Part shown: in pieces, positions 21,901 to 37,500 of the stretch | Position numbering within the stretch: position 1 is the first letter of the stretch | Layout of the letters: every line of letters starts with the position of its first letter | Assembly: GCA_032718475.1 (NCBI GenBank) | Contig: JAUCBJ010008230.1 | Location: forward strand, 1 to 64,000 | DNA from: Nemertoderma westbladi | Taxonomy: Eukaryota; Animalia; Xenacoelomorpha | Direction: 5' to 3' | DNA: 64,000 nucleotides | Program-made: the position numbers and the translations under genes | The notes under the pieces: model-generated | Told to the model about the DNA's origin: nothing | Database searches by the model: none | Seen by the model: the letters and a program-made list of their open reading frames with translations, nothing else

Positions 21901-24900
21901 AGCCATGTCAAAATCCTTGGGGTTTTTCAGCAATAATTTATCAAAATATCCTCTGATTTTTTTCAAAAACCACATCGATTTTCATATTTATAACTTCTAA
22001 CCCAATCCACGAGATAGAGAATCTTAAACGAAATTCATAAGAACAGGTAACACTTTCATTTATAGAAGTAATCAGCTGTTATTTGCTTCGTCTTTCCACA
22101 GGAGATGGATGAAATTTGATTGCGTCGGAACACCCCCTTTTTGAGGCTCTCAGAGTGAAGAGATAAGTAGCCTATCTCCCTGTTAATATTCTTGTGTTCT
22201 AGAATATTTATTATTGTTTCATCGTATTGCTAAAGTGGCTGGATCTAAAGTTATTATGTAATGCAATAATTCATCTCAAATATCTCAGCTATTTTATGAA
22301 CATAATGAAGTATTAAAGCCATGTCAAAATCACTGGTGTTTTTCTGCAATAATTTATCAAAATATCCTCTGATTTTTTTCAAAAACCATATCGATTTTCA
22401 TATTTATAACTTCTATCCCACTCCACGAGATAGAGAATCTTAAATGAACGTCAAAAGAACAGGTAACACTTTCATTTATAGAAGTAATCAGCTGTTCTTT
22501 GCTTCGTCTTTCCCCTGGAGATGGATGAATTTTGATTGCGTCGGAACACCCCCTTTTTGAGGCTCTCAGAGTGAAGAGATAAGTAGCCTATCTCCCTGTT
22601 AATATTGTTGTGTTCTAGAATATTTATTATAGTTTCATCGTATTGCCAAAGCGGCTGGAGCCAAAGTTAATATGTAATGCAATAATTCACCTCAAATATC
22701 TCAGCTAGTTCATGAATATAATGAGTATTAAATCCTTGTCAAAATCCTTGGTGTTTTTCAGCAATAATTTATTAAAATCTCCTCTGATTTTTCACAAAAA
22801 ACGACATCGATTTTCATATTCATGACTTCTAACCCACTCCAAGAGATAGACAATCTAAAATGAAAGTCAAAAGAGCAGGTAACACTTACATTTATAGAAG
22901 TAATCAGCTGTTCTTTGCTTCGTCTTTCCGATGGATATGGATGTTATTTTATTGCGTCAGAACACCCCCTTTTTGAGGCTCTCAGATTGAAGAGATAAGT
23001 AGCCTATCTCCCTGTTAATATTGTTGTGTTCTAGAATATTTATTATAGTTTCATCGTATTGCCAAAGCGGCTGGAGCCGAAGTTAATATGTAATGCAATA
23101 ATTAACATCAAATATCTCTGCTAGTTCATGAATATAATAGTATTAAATCCTTGTCAAAATCCTAGGTGTTTTTCAGCAATAATTTATTAAAATCTCCTCT
23201 GATTTTTTACAAAAAACGACATCGATTTTCATATTCATGACTTCTAACCCACTCCAAGAGATAGACAATCTTAAATGAAAGTCAAAAGAGCAGGTAACCC
23301 TTACATTAATAGAAGTAATCAGCTGTTCTTTGCTTCGTCTTTCCCCTGGAGATGGATGAATTTTGATTGCGTCGGAACACCCCCTTTTTGAGGCTCTCAG
23401 AGTGAAGAGATAAGTAGCCTATCTCCCTGTTAATATTGTTGTGTTCTAGAATAATTATTATAGTTTCATCGTATTGCCAAAGCGGCTGGAGCCAAAGTTA
23501 ATATGTGATACAATAATTCACCTCAAATTTCTCAGCTATTTCATGGATATAATGAGTATTAAAGCCATGTCAAAATCCTTGGGGTTTTTCAGCAATAATT
23601 TATCAAAATGTCCTCTGATTTTTTTCAAAAACCACATCGATTTTCATATTTATAACTTCTAACCCAATCCACGAGATAGAGAATCTTAAACGAAAGTCAT
23701 AAGAACAGGTAACACTTTCATTTATAGAAGTAATCAGCTGTTATTTGCTTCGTCTTTCCACAGGAGATGGATGAAATTTGATTGCGTCGGAACACCCCCT
23801 TTTTGAGGCTCTCAGAGTGAAGAGATAAGTAGCCTATCTCCCTGTTAATATTGTTGTGTTCTAGAATAATTATTATAGTTTCATCGTATTGCCAAAGCGG
23901 CTGGAGCCGAAGTTAATATGTGATACAATAATTCACCTCAAATTTCTCAGCTATTTCATGGATATAATGAGTATTAAAGCCATGTCAAAATCCTTGGGGT
24001 TTTTCAGCAATAATTTATCAAAATATCCTCTGATTTTTTTCAAAAACCACATCGATTTTCATATTTATAACTTCTAACCCAATCCAGGAGATAGAGAATC
24101 TTAAACGAAAGTCATAAGAACAGGTAACACTTTCATTTAAACAAGTAATCAGCTGTTATTTGCTTCGTCTTTCCTCAGGAGATGGATGAAATTTGATTGC
24201 GTAGGAACACCCCCTTTTTGAGGCTCTCAGAGTGAAGAGATAAGTAGCCTATCTCCCTGTTAATATTCTTGTGTTCTAGAATAATTATTATAGTTTCATC
24301 GTATTGCCAAAGCGGCTGGAGCCGAAGTTAATATGGAATGCAATAATTCACATCAAATATCTCTGGTAGTTCATGAATATAATAGTATTAAATCCTTGTC
24401 AAAATCGTAGGTGTTTTTCAGCAATAATTTATTAAAATCTCCTCTGATTTTTTACAAAAAACGACATCGATTTTCATATTCATGACTTCTAACCCACTCC
24501 AAGAGATAGACAATCTTAAATGAAAGTCAAAAGAGCAGGTAACCCTTACATTTATAGAAGTAATCAGCTGTTTTTGCTTCGTCTTTCCCCTTAAGATGGA
24601 TAAATTTTGATTGCGTCGGAACACCCCCTTTTTGAGGCTCTCAGAGTGAAGAGATAAGTAGCCTAACTCCCTGTTAATATTGTTGTGTTCTAGAATAATT
24701 ATTATAGTTTCATCGTATTGCCAAAGCGGCTGGAGCCGAAGTTAATATGTGATACAATAATTCACCTCAAATTTCTCAGCTATTTCATGGATATAATGAG
24801 TATTAAAGCCATGTCAAAATCCTTGGGGTTTTTCAGCAATAATTTATCCAAATATCCTCTGATTTTTTTCAAAAACCACATCGATTTTCATATTTATAAC

Positions 24901-27900
24901 TTCTAACCCAATCCACGAGATAGAGAATCTTAAACGAAAGTCATAAGAACAGGTAACACTTTCATTTATAGAAGTAATCAGCTGTTATTTGCTTCGTCTT
25001 TCCACAGGAGATGGATGAAATTTGATTGCGTCGGAACACCCCCTTTTTGAGGCTCTCAGAGTGAAGAGATAAGTAGTCTATCTTCCTGTTAATATTGTTG
25101 TGTTCTAGAATAATTATTATAGTTTCATCGTATTGCCAAAGCGGCTGGAGCCGAAGTTAATATGTGATACAATAATTCACCTCAAATTTCTCAGCTATTT
25201 CATGAATGTATTGAGTATTAAAGCCATGTCAAAATCCTTGGGGTTTTTCAGCAATAATTTATCAAAATATCCTCTGATTATTTTTCAAAAACCACATAGA
25301 TTTTCATATTTATAACTTCTAACCCACTCCACGAGATAGAGAATCTTAAACGAAAGTCATAAGAACAGGTAACACTTTCATTTAGAAGTAATCAGCTGTT
25401 CTTTGCTTCGTCTTTCCCCTGGAGATGGATGAAATTTGATTGCGTCGGAACACCCCCTTTTTGAGGCTCTCAGAGTGAAGAGATAAGTAGCCTATCTCCC
25501 TGTTAATATTCTTGTGTTCTAGAATAATTATTATAGTTTCATCGTATTGCCAAAGCGGCTGGAGCCGAAGTTAATATGTGATACAATAATTCACCTCAAA
25601 TTTCTCAGCTATTTCATGGATATAATGAGTATTAAAGCCATGTCAAAATCCTTGGGGTTTTTCAGCAATAATTTATCAAAATATCCTCTGATTTTTTTCA
25701 AAAACCACATCGATTTTCATATTTATAACTTCTAACCCAATCCACGAGATAGAGAATCTTAAACGAAATTCATAAGAACAGGTAACACTTTCATTTATAG
25801 AAGTAATCAGCTGTTATTTGCTTCGTCTTTCCACAGGAGATGGATGAAATTTGATTGCGTCGGAACACCCCCTTTTTGAGGCTCTCAGAGTGAAGAGATA
25901 AGTAGCCTATCTCCCTGTTAATATTCTTGTGTTCTAGAATATTTATTATTGTTTCATCGTATTGCTAAAGTGGCTGGATCTAAAGTTATTATGTAATGCA
26001 ATAATTCACCTCAAATATCTCAGCTATTTTATGAACATAATGAAGTATTAAAGCCATGTCAAAATCACTGGTGTTTTTCTGCAATAATTTATCAAAATAT
26101 CCTCTGATTTTTTTCAAAAACCATATCGATTTTCATATTTATAACTTCTATCCCACTCCACGAGATAGAGAATCTTAAATGAACGTCAAAAGAACAGGTA
26201 ACACTTTCATTTATAGAAGTAATCAGCTGTTCTTTGCTTCGTCTTTCCCCTGGAGATGGATGAATTTTGATTGCGTCGGAACACCCCCTTTTTGAGGCTC
26301 TCAGAGTGAAGAGATAAGTAGCCTATCTCCCTGTTAATATTATTGTGTTCTAGAATATTTATTATAGTTTCATCGTATTGCCAAAGCGGCTGGAGCCAAA
26401 GTTAATATGTAATGCAATAATTCACCTCAAATATCTCAGCTAGTTCATGAATATAATGAGTATTAAATCCTTGTCAAAATCCTTGGTGTTTTTCAGCAAT
26501 AATTTATTAAAATCTCCTCTGATTTTTCACAAAAAACGACATCGATTTTCATATTCATGACTTCTAACCCACTCCAAGAGATAGACAATCTAAAATGAAA
26601 GTCAAAAGAGCAGGTAACACTTACATTTATAGAAGTAATCAGCTGTTCTTTGCTTCGTCTTTCCGATGGATATGGATGTTATTTTATTGCGTCAGAACAC
26701 CCCCTTTTTGAGGCTCTCAGATTGAAGAGATAAGTAGCCTATCTCCCTGTTAATATTGTTGTGTTCTAGAATATTTATTATAGTTTCATCGTATTGCCAA
26801 AGCGGCTGGAGCCGAAGTTAATATGTAATGCAATAATTAACATCAAATATCTCTGCTAGTTCATGAATATAATAGTATTAAATCCTTGTCAAAATCCTAG
26901 GTGTTTTTCAGCAATAATTTATTAAAATCTCCTCTGATTTTTTACAAAAAACGACATCGATTTTCATATTCATGACTTCTAACCCACTCCAAGAGATAGA
27001 CAATCTTAAATGAAAGTCAAAAGAGCAGGTAACCCTTACATTAATAGAAGTAATCAGCTGTTCTTTGCTTCGTCTTTCCCCTGGAGATGGATGAATTTTG
27101 ATTGCGTCGGAACACCCCCTTTTTGAGGCTCTCAGAGTGAAGAGATAAGTAGCCTATCTCCCTGTTAATATTGTTGTGTTCTAGAATAATTATTATAGTT
27201 TCATCGTATTGCCAAAGCGGCTGGAGCCAAAGTTAATATGTGATACAATAATTCACCTCAAATTTCTCAGCTATTTCATGGATATAATGAGTATTAAAGC
27301 CATGTCAAAATCCTTGGGGTTTTTCAGCAATAATTTATCAAAATGTCCTCTGATTTTTTTCAAAAACCACATCGATTTTCATATTTATAACTTCTAACCC
27401 AATCCACGAGATAGAGAATCTTAAACGAAAGTCATAAGAACAGGTAACACTTTCATTTATAGAAGTAATCAGCTGTTATTTGCTTCGTCTTTCCACAGGA
27501 GATGGATGAAATTTGATTGCGTCGGAACACCCCCTTTTTGAGGCTCTCAGAGTGAAGAGATAAGTAGCCTATCTCCCTGTTAATATTGTTGTGTTCTAGA
27601 ATAATTATTATAGTTTCATCGTATTGCCAAAGCGGCTGGAGCCGAAGTTAATATGTGATACAATAATTCACCTCAAATTTCTCAGCTATTTCATGGATAT
27701 AATGAGTATTAAAGCCATGTCAAAATCCTTGGGGTTTTTCAGCAATAATTTATCAAAATATCCTCTGATTTTTTTCAAAAACCACATCGATTTTCATATT
27801 TATAACTTCTAACCCAATCCAGGAGATAGAGAATCTTAAACGAAAGTCATAAGAACAGGTAACACTTTCATTTAAAGAAGTAATCAGCTGTTATTTGCTT

Positions 27901-30509
27901 CGTCTTTCCTCAGGAGATGGATGAAATTTGATTGCGTAGGAACACCCCCTTTTTGAGGCTCTCAGAGTGAAGAGATAAGTAGCCTATCTCCCTGTTAATA
28001 TTCTTGTGTTCTAGAATAATTATTATAGTTTCATCGTATTGCCAAAGCGGCTGGAGCCGAAGTTAATATGGAATGCAATAATTCACATCAAATATCTCTG
28101 GTAGTTCATGAATATAATAGTATTAAATCCTTGTCAAAATCCTAGGTGTTTTTCAGCAATAATTTATTAAAATCTCCTCTGATTTTTTACAAAAAACGAC
28201 ATCGATTTTCATATTCATGACTTCTAACCCACTCCAAGAGATAGACAATCTTAAATGAAAGTCAAAAGAGCAGGTAACCCTTACATTTATAGAAGTAATC
28301 AGCTGTTTTTGCTTCGTCTTTCCCCTTAAGATGGATAAATTTTGATTGCGTCGGAACACCCCCTTTTTGAGGCTCTCAGAGTGAAGAGATAAGTAGCCTA
28401 TCTCCCTGTTAATATTGTTGTGTTCTAGAATAATTATTATAGTTTCATCGTATTGCCAAAGCGGCTGGAGCCGAAGTTAATATGTGATACAATAATTCAC
28501 CTCAAATTTCTCAGCTATTTCATGGATATAATGAGTATTAAAGCCATGTCAAAATCCTTGGGGTTTTTCAGCAATAATTTATCCAAATATCCTCTGATTT
28601 TTTTCAAAAACCACATCGATTTTCATATTTATAACTTCTAACCCAATCCACGAGATAGAGAATCTTAAACGAAAGTCATAAGAGCAGGTAACACTTTCAT
28701 TTATAGAAGTAATCATCTGTTATTTGCTTCGTCTTTCCACAGGAGATGGATGAAATTTGATTGCGTCGGAACGCCCCCTTTTTGAGGCTCTCAGAGTGAA
28801 GAGATAAGTAGCCTATCTCCCTGTTAATATTGTTGTGTTCTAGAATAATTATCATAGTTTCATCGTATTGCCAAAGCGGCTGGAGCCGAAGTTAATATGT
28901 GATACAATAATTCACCTCAAATTTCTCAGCTATTTCATGGATATAATGAGTATTAAAGCCATGTCAAAATCCTTGGGGTTTTTCAGCAATAATTTATCAA
29001 AATATCCTCTGATTTTTTTCAAAAACCACATCGATTTTCATATTTATAACTTCTAACCCAATTCACGAGATAGAGAATCTTAAACGAAAGTCATAAGAAC
29101 AGGTAACACTTTCATTTATAGAAGTAATCAGCTGTTATTTGCTTCGTCTTTCCACTGGAGATGGATGAAATTTGATTGCGTCGGAACGCCCCCTTTTTGA
29201 GGCTCTCAGAGTGAAGAGATAAGTAGCCTATCTCCCTGTTAATATTGTTGTGTTCTAGAATAATTATCATAGTTTCATCGTATTGCCAAAGCGGCTGGAG
29301 CCGAAGTTAATATGTGATACAATAATTCACCTCAAATTTCTCAGCTATTTCATGGAAATAATGAGTATTAAAGCCATGTCAAAATCCTTGGGGTTTTTCA
29401 GCAATAATTTATCAAAATATCCTCTGATTTTTTTCAAAAACCACATCGATTTTCATATTTATAACTTCTAACCCAATCCACGAGATAGAGAATCTTAAAC
29501 GAAAGTCATAAGAACGGGTAACACTTTCATTTATAGAAGTAATCAGCTGTTCTTTGCTTCGTCTTTCCCCTGGAGATGGATGTTATTTTATTGCGTCGAA
29601 ACACCCCCTTTTTGAGGCTCTCAGATTGAAGAGATAAGTAGCCTATCTCCCTGTTAATATTGTTGTGTTCTAGAATATTTATTATAGTTTCATCGTATTG
29701 CCAAAGCGGCTGGAGCCGAAGTTAATATGTAATGCAATAATTCACCTCAAATATCTCAGCTATTTCATGAATATAATAGTATTAAATCCTTGTCAAAATC
29801 CTTGGTGTTTTTCAGCAATAATTTATTAAAATCTCCTCTGATTTTTTACAAAAAACGACGTCGATTTTCATATTCATGACTTCTAACCCACTCCAAGAGA
29901 TAGACAATCTTAAATGAAAGTCAAAAGAGCAGGTAACCCTTACATTTATAGAAGTAATCAGCTGTTCTTTGCTTCGTCTTTCCCCTGGAGATGGATGAAT
30001 TTTGATTGCGTCGGAACACCACCTTTTTGAGGCTCTCAGAGTGAAGAGATAAGTAGCCTATCTCCCTGTTAATATTGTTGTGTTCTGGAATAATTATTAT
30101 AGTTTCATCGTATTGCCAAAGCGGCTGGAGCCGAAGTTAATATGTGATACAATAATTCACCTCAAATTTCTCAGCTATTTCATGGATATAATGAGTATTA
30201 AAGCCATGTAAAAATCCTTGGGGTTTTTCAGCGATAATTTATCAAAATATCCTCTGATTTTTTTCAAAAACCACATCGATTTTCATATTTATAACTTCTA
30301 ACCCAATCCACGAGATAGAGAATCTTAAACGAAAGTCATAAGAACAGGTAACACTTTCATTTATAGAAGTAATCATCTGTTATTTGCTTCGTCTTTCCAC
30401 AGGAGATGGATGAATTTTGATTGCGTCGGAACACCCCCTTTTTGAGACTCTCAGAGTGAAGAGATAAGTAGCCTATCTCCCTGTTAATATTGTTGTGTTC
30501 TAGAATAAT

Positions 30510-31586
30510 AATAATAATTATTATTATTATTATTATTTAATTCATCGGGCCAAGGCCCATTGTACCTACACGACACCTATTTATTAGCACACATAATAAT
30601 ATTAAGTAAGTAGTTCATTCACGTTTACATTAAATCAATACAAAGGAGAAACATTTAACGGGGAATTACCAATCAAATATTGCAATATTAAACAGCACCA
30701 AGAACAATGTTCCAACGACAATGTAATAAAGAATTAGTGATTGAGCTACAGGCATGATTGAGTTCTCAGAGTTAGCAGTACGGCTAAGTAAGGAGAAAAT
30801 ATTAATTCTAAGAACAGCACGAAAGTAATTCACTCTTTACAATGACAATAGTTTATATAAAAGATAGACTAAGAACAAAACACAAAAATAATGTAGTTTA
30901 AGTAGAATAAAAATTCAATAATTTTTACAACGAAAAAATATTCAAAAGATTTTACAGCGGAAAAAAATTCAAAAAATTTTACATAAAACACAAAATCAGA
31001 AAATTAGGTTACCCCAAGCACCACTAACCACCTCTTACGCAACACCGAGAGAGGAGAAACGTTAGCAATTACACGAATAATGATGTTTTGTGAAACATCA
31101 ATACGTCGTAGCAAAGAAAAAATATTACTTCTCTGCATAGCCCTAATAGTATTGATCCTATTATTTACAAAAATTTCACTAGCGTCCTCAGTTCTAGAAT
31201 ATTTGAAAAGTGATCTAAAAGCAGTATTATAAGCTACCTTAACCTTGCGCAAATTCTCAACACGAAATATAGACCAGAGTGAGCAACAGTACATGCTGTA
31301 ACAGTAGGATCTAAATAAGGTTAACTTTACATCATATGAACAATTCGAAAATAATCTAGCAATCTGGTTACCCCTACAATACATTGAGCACATTAAACGT
31401 TTCATATCTGATTCATCGCTTAGATCGCAAGTAATTGTATGCCCAAGGTAATTAACCTCCTTAACACAATGTAATGGTTTACCACAAAGATATGCATCAC
31501 CAGCACGGTTAATTCTATAAGGAAGAAAATACATACAGTGAGATTTAAGCGGGTTAAATTCAATATCAAATTCCACCCCAAACTTA
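30510..31586 (-). mobile_element. 5'-truncated RTE-X-like LINE, copy 2 (duplicate of copy 1)
   Basis: Same truncation point, same monomer insertion site, offset 15,603 bp. Confidence 0.9.
31004..31576 (-). pseudogene. C-terminal fragment of LINE ORF2
   Basis: Identical to the 15401..15973 protein except VAYN versus VPYN. Confidence 0.85.
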
Positions 31587-34500
31587 ATTATAGTTTCATC
31601 GTATTGCCAAAGCGGCTGGAGCCAAAGTTAATATGTGATACAATAATTCACCTCAAATTTCTCAGCTATTTCATGGATATAATGAGTATTAAAGCCATGT
31701 CAAAATCCTTGGGGTTTTTCAGCAATAATTTATCAAAATATCCTCTGATTTTTTTCAAAAACCACATCGATTTTCATATTTATAACTTCTAACCCAATCC
31801 ACGAGATAGAGAATCTTAAACGAAAGTCATAAGAACAGGTAACACTTTCATTTATAGAAGTAATCAGCTGTTATTTGCTTCGTCTTTCCACAGGAGATGG
31901 ATGAAATTTGATTGCGTCGAAACACCCCCTTTTTGAGGCTCTCAGAGTGAAGAGATAAGTAGCCTATCTCCCTGTTAATATTCTTGTGTTCTAGAATAAT
32001 TATTATAGTTTCATCGTATTGCCAAAGCGGCTGGAGCCGAAGTTAATATGTGATACAATAATTCACCTCAAATTTCTCAGCTATTTCATGGATATAATGA
32101 GTATTAAAGCCATGTCAAAATCCTTGGGGTTTTTCAGCAATAATTTATCAAAATATCCTCTGATTTTTTTCAAAAACCACATCGATTTTCATATTTATAA
32201 CTTCTAACCCAATCCACGAGATAGAGAATCTTAAACGAAATTCATAAGAACAGGTAACACTTTCATTTATAGAAGTAATCAGCTGTTATTTGCTTCGTCT
32301 TTCCACAGGAGATGGATGAAATTTGATTGCGTCGGAACACCCCCTTTTTGAGGCTCTCAGAGTGAAGAGATAAGTAGCCTATCTCCCTGTTAATATTCTT
32401 GTGTTCTAGAATATTTATTATTGTTTCATCGTATTGCTAAAGTGGCTGGATCTAAAGTTATTATGTAATGCAATAATTCACCTCAAATATCTCAGCTATT
32501 TTATGAACATAATGAAGTATTAAAGCCATGTCAAAATCACTGGTGTTTTTCTGCAATAATTTATCAAAATATCCTCTGATTTTTTTCAAAAACCATATCG
32601 ATTTTCATATTTATAACTTCTATCCCACTCCACGAGATAGAGAATCTTAAATGAACGTCAAAAGAACAGGTAACACTTTCATTTATAGAAGTAATCAGCT
32701 GTTATTTGCTTCGTCTTTCCACAGGAGATGGATGAAATTTGATTGCGTCGGAACACCCCCTTTTTGAGGCTCTCAGATTGAAGAGATAAGTAGCCTATCT
32801 CCCTGTTAATATTGTTGTGTTCTAGAATATTTATTATAGTTTCATCGTATTGCCAAAGCGGCTGGAGCCGAAGTTAATATGTAATGCAATAATTCACCTC
32901 AAATATCTCAGCTAGTTCATGAATATAATAGTATTAAATCCTTGTCAAAATCCTTGGTGTTTTTCAGCAATAATTTATTAAAATCTCCTCTGATTTTTTA
33001 CAAAAAACGACCTCGATTTTCATATTCATGACTTCTAACCCACTCCAAGAGATAGACAATCTTAAATGAAAGTCAAAAGAGCAGGTAACACTTACATTTA
33101 TAGAAGTAATCAGCTGTTCTTTGCTTCGTCTTTCCCCTGGAGATGGATGTTATTTTATTGCGCGGAACACCCCCTTTTTGAGGCTCTCAGATTGAAGAGA
33201 TAAGTAGCCTATCTCCCTGTTAATATTGTTGTGTTCTAAAATATTTATTATAGTTTCATCGTATTTCCAAAGCGGCTGGAGCCGAAGTTAATATGTAATG
33301 CAATAATTCACCACAAATATCTCAGCTAGTTCATGAATATAATAGTATTAAATCCTTGTCAAAATCCTTGGTGTTTTTCAGCAATAATTTATTAAAATCT
33401 CCTCTGATTTTTTACAAAAAACGACGTCGATTTTCATATTCATGACTTCAAACCCACTCCAAGAGATAGACAATCTTAAATGAAAGTCAAAAGAGCAGGT
33501 AACCCTTACATTTATAGAAGTAATCAGCTGTTCTTTGCTTCGTCTTTCCCCTTGAGATGGATAAATTTTGATTGCGTCGGAACACCCCCTTTTTGAGGCT
33601 CTCAGAGTGAAGAGATAAGTAGCCTATCTCCCTGTTAATATTGTTGTGTTCTAGAATAATTATTATAGTTTCATCGTATTGCCAAAGCGGCTGGAGCCGA
33701 AGTTAATATGTGATACAATAATTCACCTCAAATTTCTCAGCTATTTCATGGATATAATGAGTATTAAAGCCATGTCAAAATCCTTGGGGTTTTTCAGCAA
33801 TAATTTATCAAAATATCCTCTGATTTTTTTCAAAAACCACATCGATTTTCATATTTATAACTTCTAACCCAATCCACGAGATAGAGAATCTTAAACGAAA
33901 GTCATAAGAGCAGGTAACACTTTCATTTATAGAAGTAATCATCTGTTATTTGCTTCGTCTTTCCACAGGAGATGGATGAAATTTGATTGCGTCGGAACGC
34001 CCCCTTTTTGAGGCTCTCAGAGTGAAGAGATAAGTAGCCTATCTCCCTGTTAATATTGTTGTGTTCTAGAATAATTATCATAGTTTCATCGTATTGCCAA
34101 AGCGGCTGGAGCCGAAGTTAATACGTGATACAATAATTCACCTCAAATTTCTCAGCTATTTCATGGATATAATGAGTATTAAAGCCATGTCAAAATCCTT
34201 GGGGTTTTTCAGCAATAATTTATCAAAATATCCTCTGATTTTTTTCAAAAACCACATCGATTTTCATATTTATAACTTCTAACCCAATCCACGAGATAGA
34301 GAATCTTAAACGAAAGTCATAAGAACGGGTAACACTTTCATTTATAGAAGTAATCAGCTGTTATTTGCTTCGTCTTTCCACAGCAGATGGATGAAATTTG
34401 ATTGCGTCGGAACACCTCCTTTTTGAGGCTCTCAGAGTGAAGAGATAAGTAGCCTATCTCCCTGTTAATATTCTTGTGTTCTAGAATAATTATTATAGTT

Positions 34501-37500
34501 TCATCGTATTGCCAAAGCGGCTGGAGCCGAAGTTAATATGTGATACAATAATTCACCTCAAATATCTCAGCTAGTTCATGAATATAATGAGTATTAAATC
34601 CTTGTCAAAATCCTTGGTGTTTTTCAGCAAAAATTTATTAAAATCTCCTCTGATTTTTTACAAAAAACGACCTCGATTTTCATATTCATGACTTCTAACC
34701 CACTTCAAGAGATAGACAATCTTAAATGAAAGTCAAAAGAGCAGGTAACACTTACATTTATAGAAGTAATCAGCTGTTCTTTGCTTCGTCTTTCCCCTGG
34801 AGATGGATGTTATTTTATTGCGTCGAAACACCCCCTTTTTGAGGCTCTCAGATTGAAGAGATAAGTAGCCTATCTCCCTGTTAATATTGTTGTGTTCTAG
34901 AATATTTATTATAGTTTCATCGTATTGCCAAAGCGGCTGGAGCCGAAGTTAATATGTGATACAATAATTCACCTCAAATTTCTCAGCTATTTCATGGATA
35001 TAATGAGTATTAAAGCCATGTCAAAATCCTTGGGGTTTTTCAGCGATAATTTATCAAAATATCCTCTGATTTTTTTCAAAAACCACATCGATTTTCATAT
35101 TTATAACTTCTAACCCAATCCACGAGATAGAGAATCTTAAACGAAAGTCATAAGAACAGGTAACACTTTCATTTATAGAAGTAATCATCTGTTATTTGCT
35201 TCGTCTTTCCACAGGAGATGAATGAAATTTGATTGCGTCGGAACACCCCCTTTTTGAGGCTCTCAGAGTGAAGAGATAAGTAGCCTATCTCCCTGTTAAT
35301 ATTGTTGTGTTCTAGAATAATTATTATAGTTTCATCGTATTGCCAAAGCGGCTGGAGCCAAAGTTAATATGTGATACAATAATTCACCTCAAATTTCTCA
35401 GCTATTTCATGGATATAATGAGTATTAAAGCCATGTCAAAATCCTTGGGGTTTTTCAGCAATAATTTATCAAAATATCCTCTGATTTTTTTCAAAAACCA
35501 CATCGATTTTCATATTTATAACTTCTAACCCAATCCACGAGATAGAGAATCTTAAACGAAAGTCATAAGAACAGGTAACACTTTCATTTATAGAAGTATT
35601 CAGCTGTTCTTTGCTTCGTCTTTCCCCTGGAGATGGATGAATTTTGATTGCGTCGGAACACCTCCTTTTTGAGGCTCTCAGAGTGAAGAGATAAGTAGCC
35701 TATCTCCCTGTTAATATTCTTGTGTTCTAGAATAATTATTATAGTTTCATCGTATTGCCAAAGCGGCTGGAGCCGAAGTTAATATGTGATACAATAATTC
35801 ACCTCAAATATCTCAGCTAGTTCATGAATATAATGAGTATTAAATCCTTGTCAAAATCCTTGGTGTTTTTCAGCAAAAATTTATTAAAATCTCCTCTGAT
35901 TTTTTACAAAAAACGACCTCGATTTTCATATTCATGACTTCTAACCCACTCCAAGAGATAGACAATCTTAAATGAAAGTCAAAAGAGCAGGTAACACTTA
36001 CATTTATAGAAGTAATCAGCTGTTCTTTGCTTCGTCTTTCCCCTGGAGATGGATGTTATTTTATTGCGTCGAAACACCCCCTTTTTGAGGCTCTCAGATT
36101 GAAGAGATAAGTAGCCTATCTCCCTGTTAATATTGTTGTGTTCTAGAATATTTATTATAGTTTCATCGTATTGCCAAAGCGGCTGGAGCCGAAGTTAATA
36201 TGTGATACAATAATTCACCTCAAATTTCTCAGCTATTTCATGGATATAATGAGTATTAAAGCCATGTCAAAATCCTTGGGGTTTTTCAGCGATAATTTAT
36301 CAAAATATCCTCTGATTTTTTTCAAAAACCACATCGATTTTCATATTTATAACTTCTAACCCAATCCACGAGATAGAGAATCTTAAACGAAAGTCATAAG
36401 AACAGGTAACACTTTCATTTATAGAAGTAATCATCTGTTATTTGCTTCGTCTTTCCACAGGAGATGGATGAAATTTGATTGCGTCGGAACACCCCCTTTT
36501 TGAGGCTCTCAGAGTGAAGAGATAAGTAGCCTATCTCCCTGTTAATATTGTTGTGTTCTAGAATAATTATTATAGTTTCATCGTATTGCCAAAGCGGCTG
36601 GAGCCAAAGTTAATATGTGATACAATAATTCACCTCAAATTTCTCAGCTATTTCATGGATATAATGAGTATTAAAGCCATGTCAAAATCCTTGGGGTTTT
36701 TCAGCAATAATTTATCAAAATATCCTCTGATTTTTTTCAAAAACCACATCGATTTTCATATTTATAACTTCTAACCCAATCCACGAGATAGAGAATCTTA
36801 AACGAAAGTCATAAGAACAGGTAACACTTTCATTTATAGAAGTATTCAGCTGTTCTTTGCTTCGTCTTTCCCCTGGAGATGGATGAATTTTGATTGCGTC
36901 GGAACACCCCCTTTTTGAGGCTCTCAGAGTGAAGAGATAAGTAGCCTATCTCCCTGTTAATATTGTTGTGTTCTAGAATAATTATTATAGTTTCATCGTA
37001 TTGCCAAAGCGGCTGGAGCCGAAGTTAATATGTGATACAATAATTCACCTCAAATTTCTCAGCTATTTCATGGATATAATGAGTATTAAAGCCATGTCAA
37101 AATCCTTGGGGTTTTTCAGCAATAATTTAACAAAATATCCTCTGATTTTTTTCAAAAACCACATCGATTTTCATATTTATCACTTCTAATCCACTCCACG
37201 AGATAGAGAATCTTAAACGAAAGTCATAAGAACAGGTAACACTTTCATTTATAGAAGTAATCAGCTGTTATTTGCTTCGTCTTTCCACAGGAGATGGATG
37301 AAATTTGATTGCGTCGGAACACCCCCTTTTTGAGGATCTCAGAGTGAAGAGATAAGTAGTCTATCTTCCTGTTAATATTGTTGTGTTCTAGAATAATTAT
37401 TATAGTTTCATCGTATTGCCAAAGCGGCTGGAGCCGAAGTTAATATGTGATACAATAATTCACCTCAAATTTCTCAGCTATTTCGTGAATGTATTGAGTA

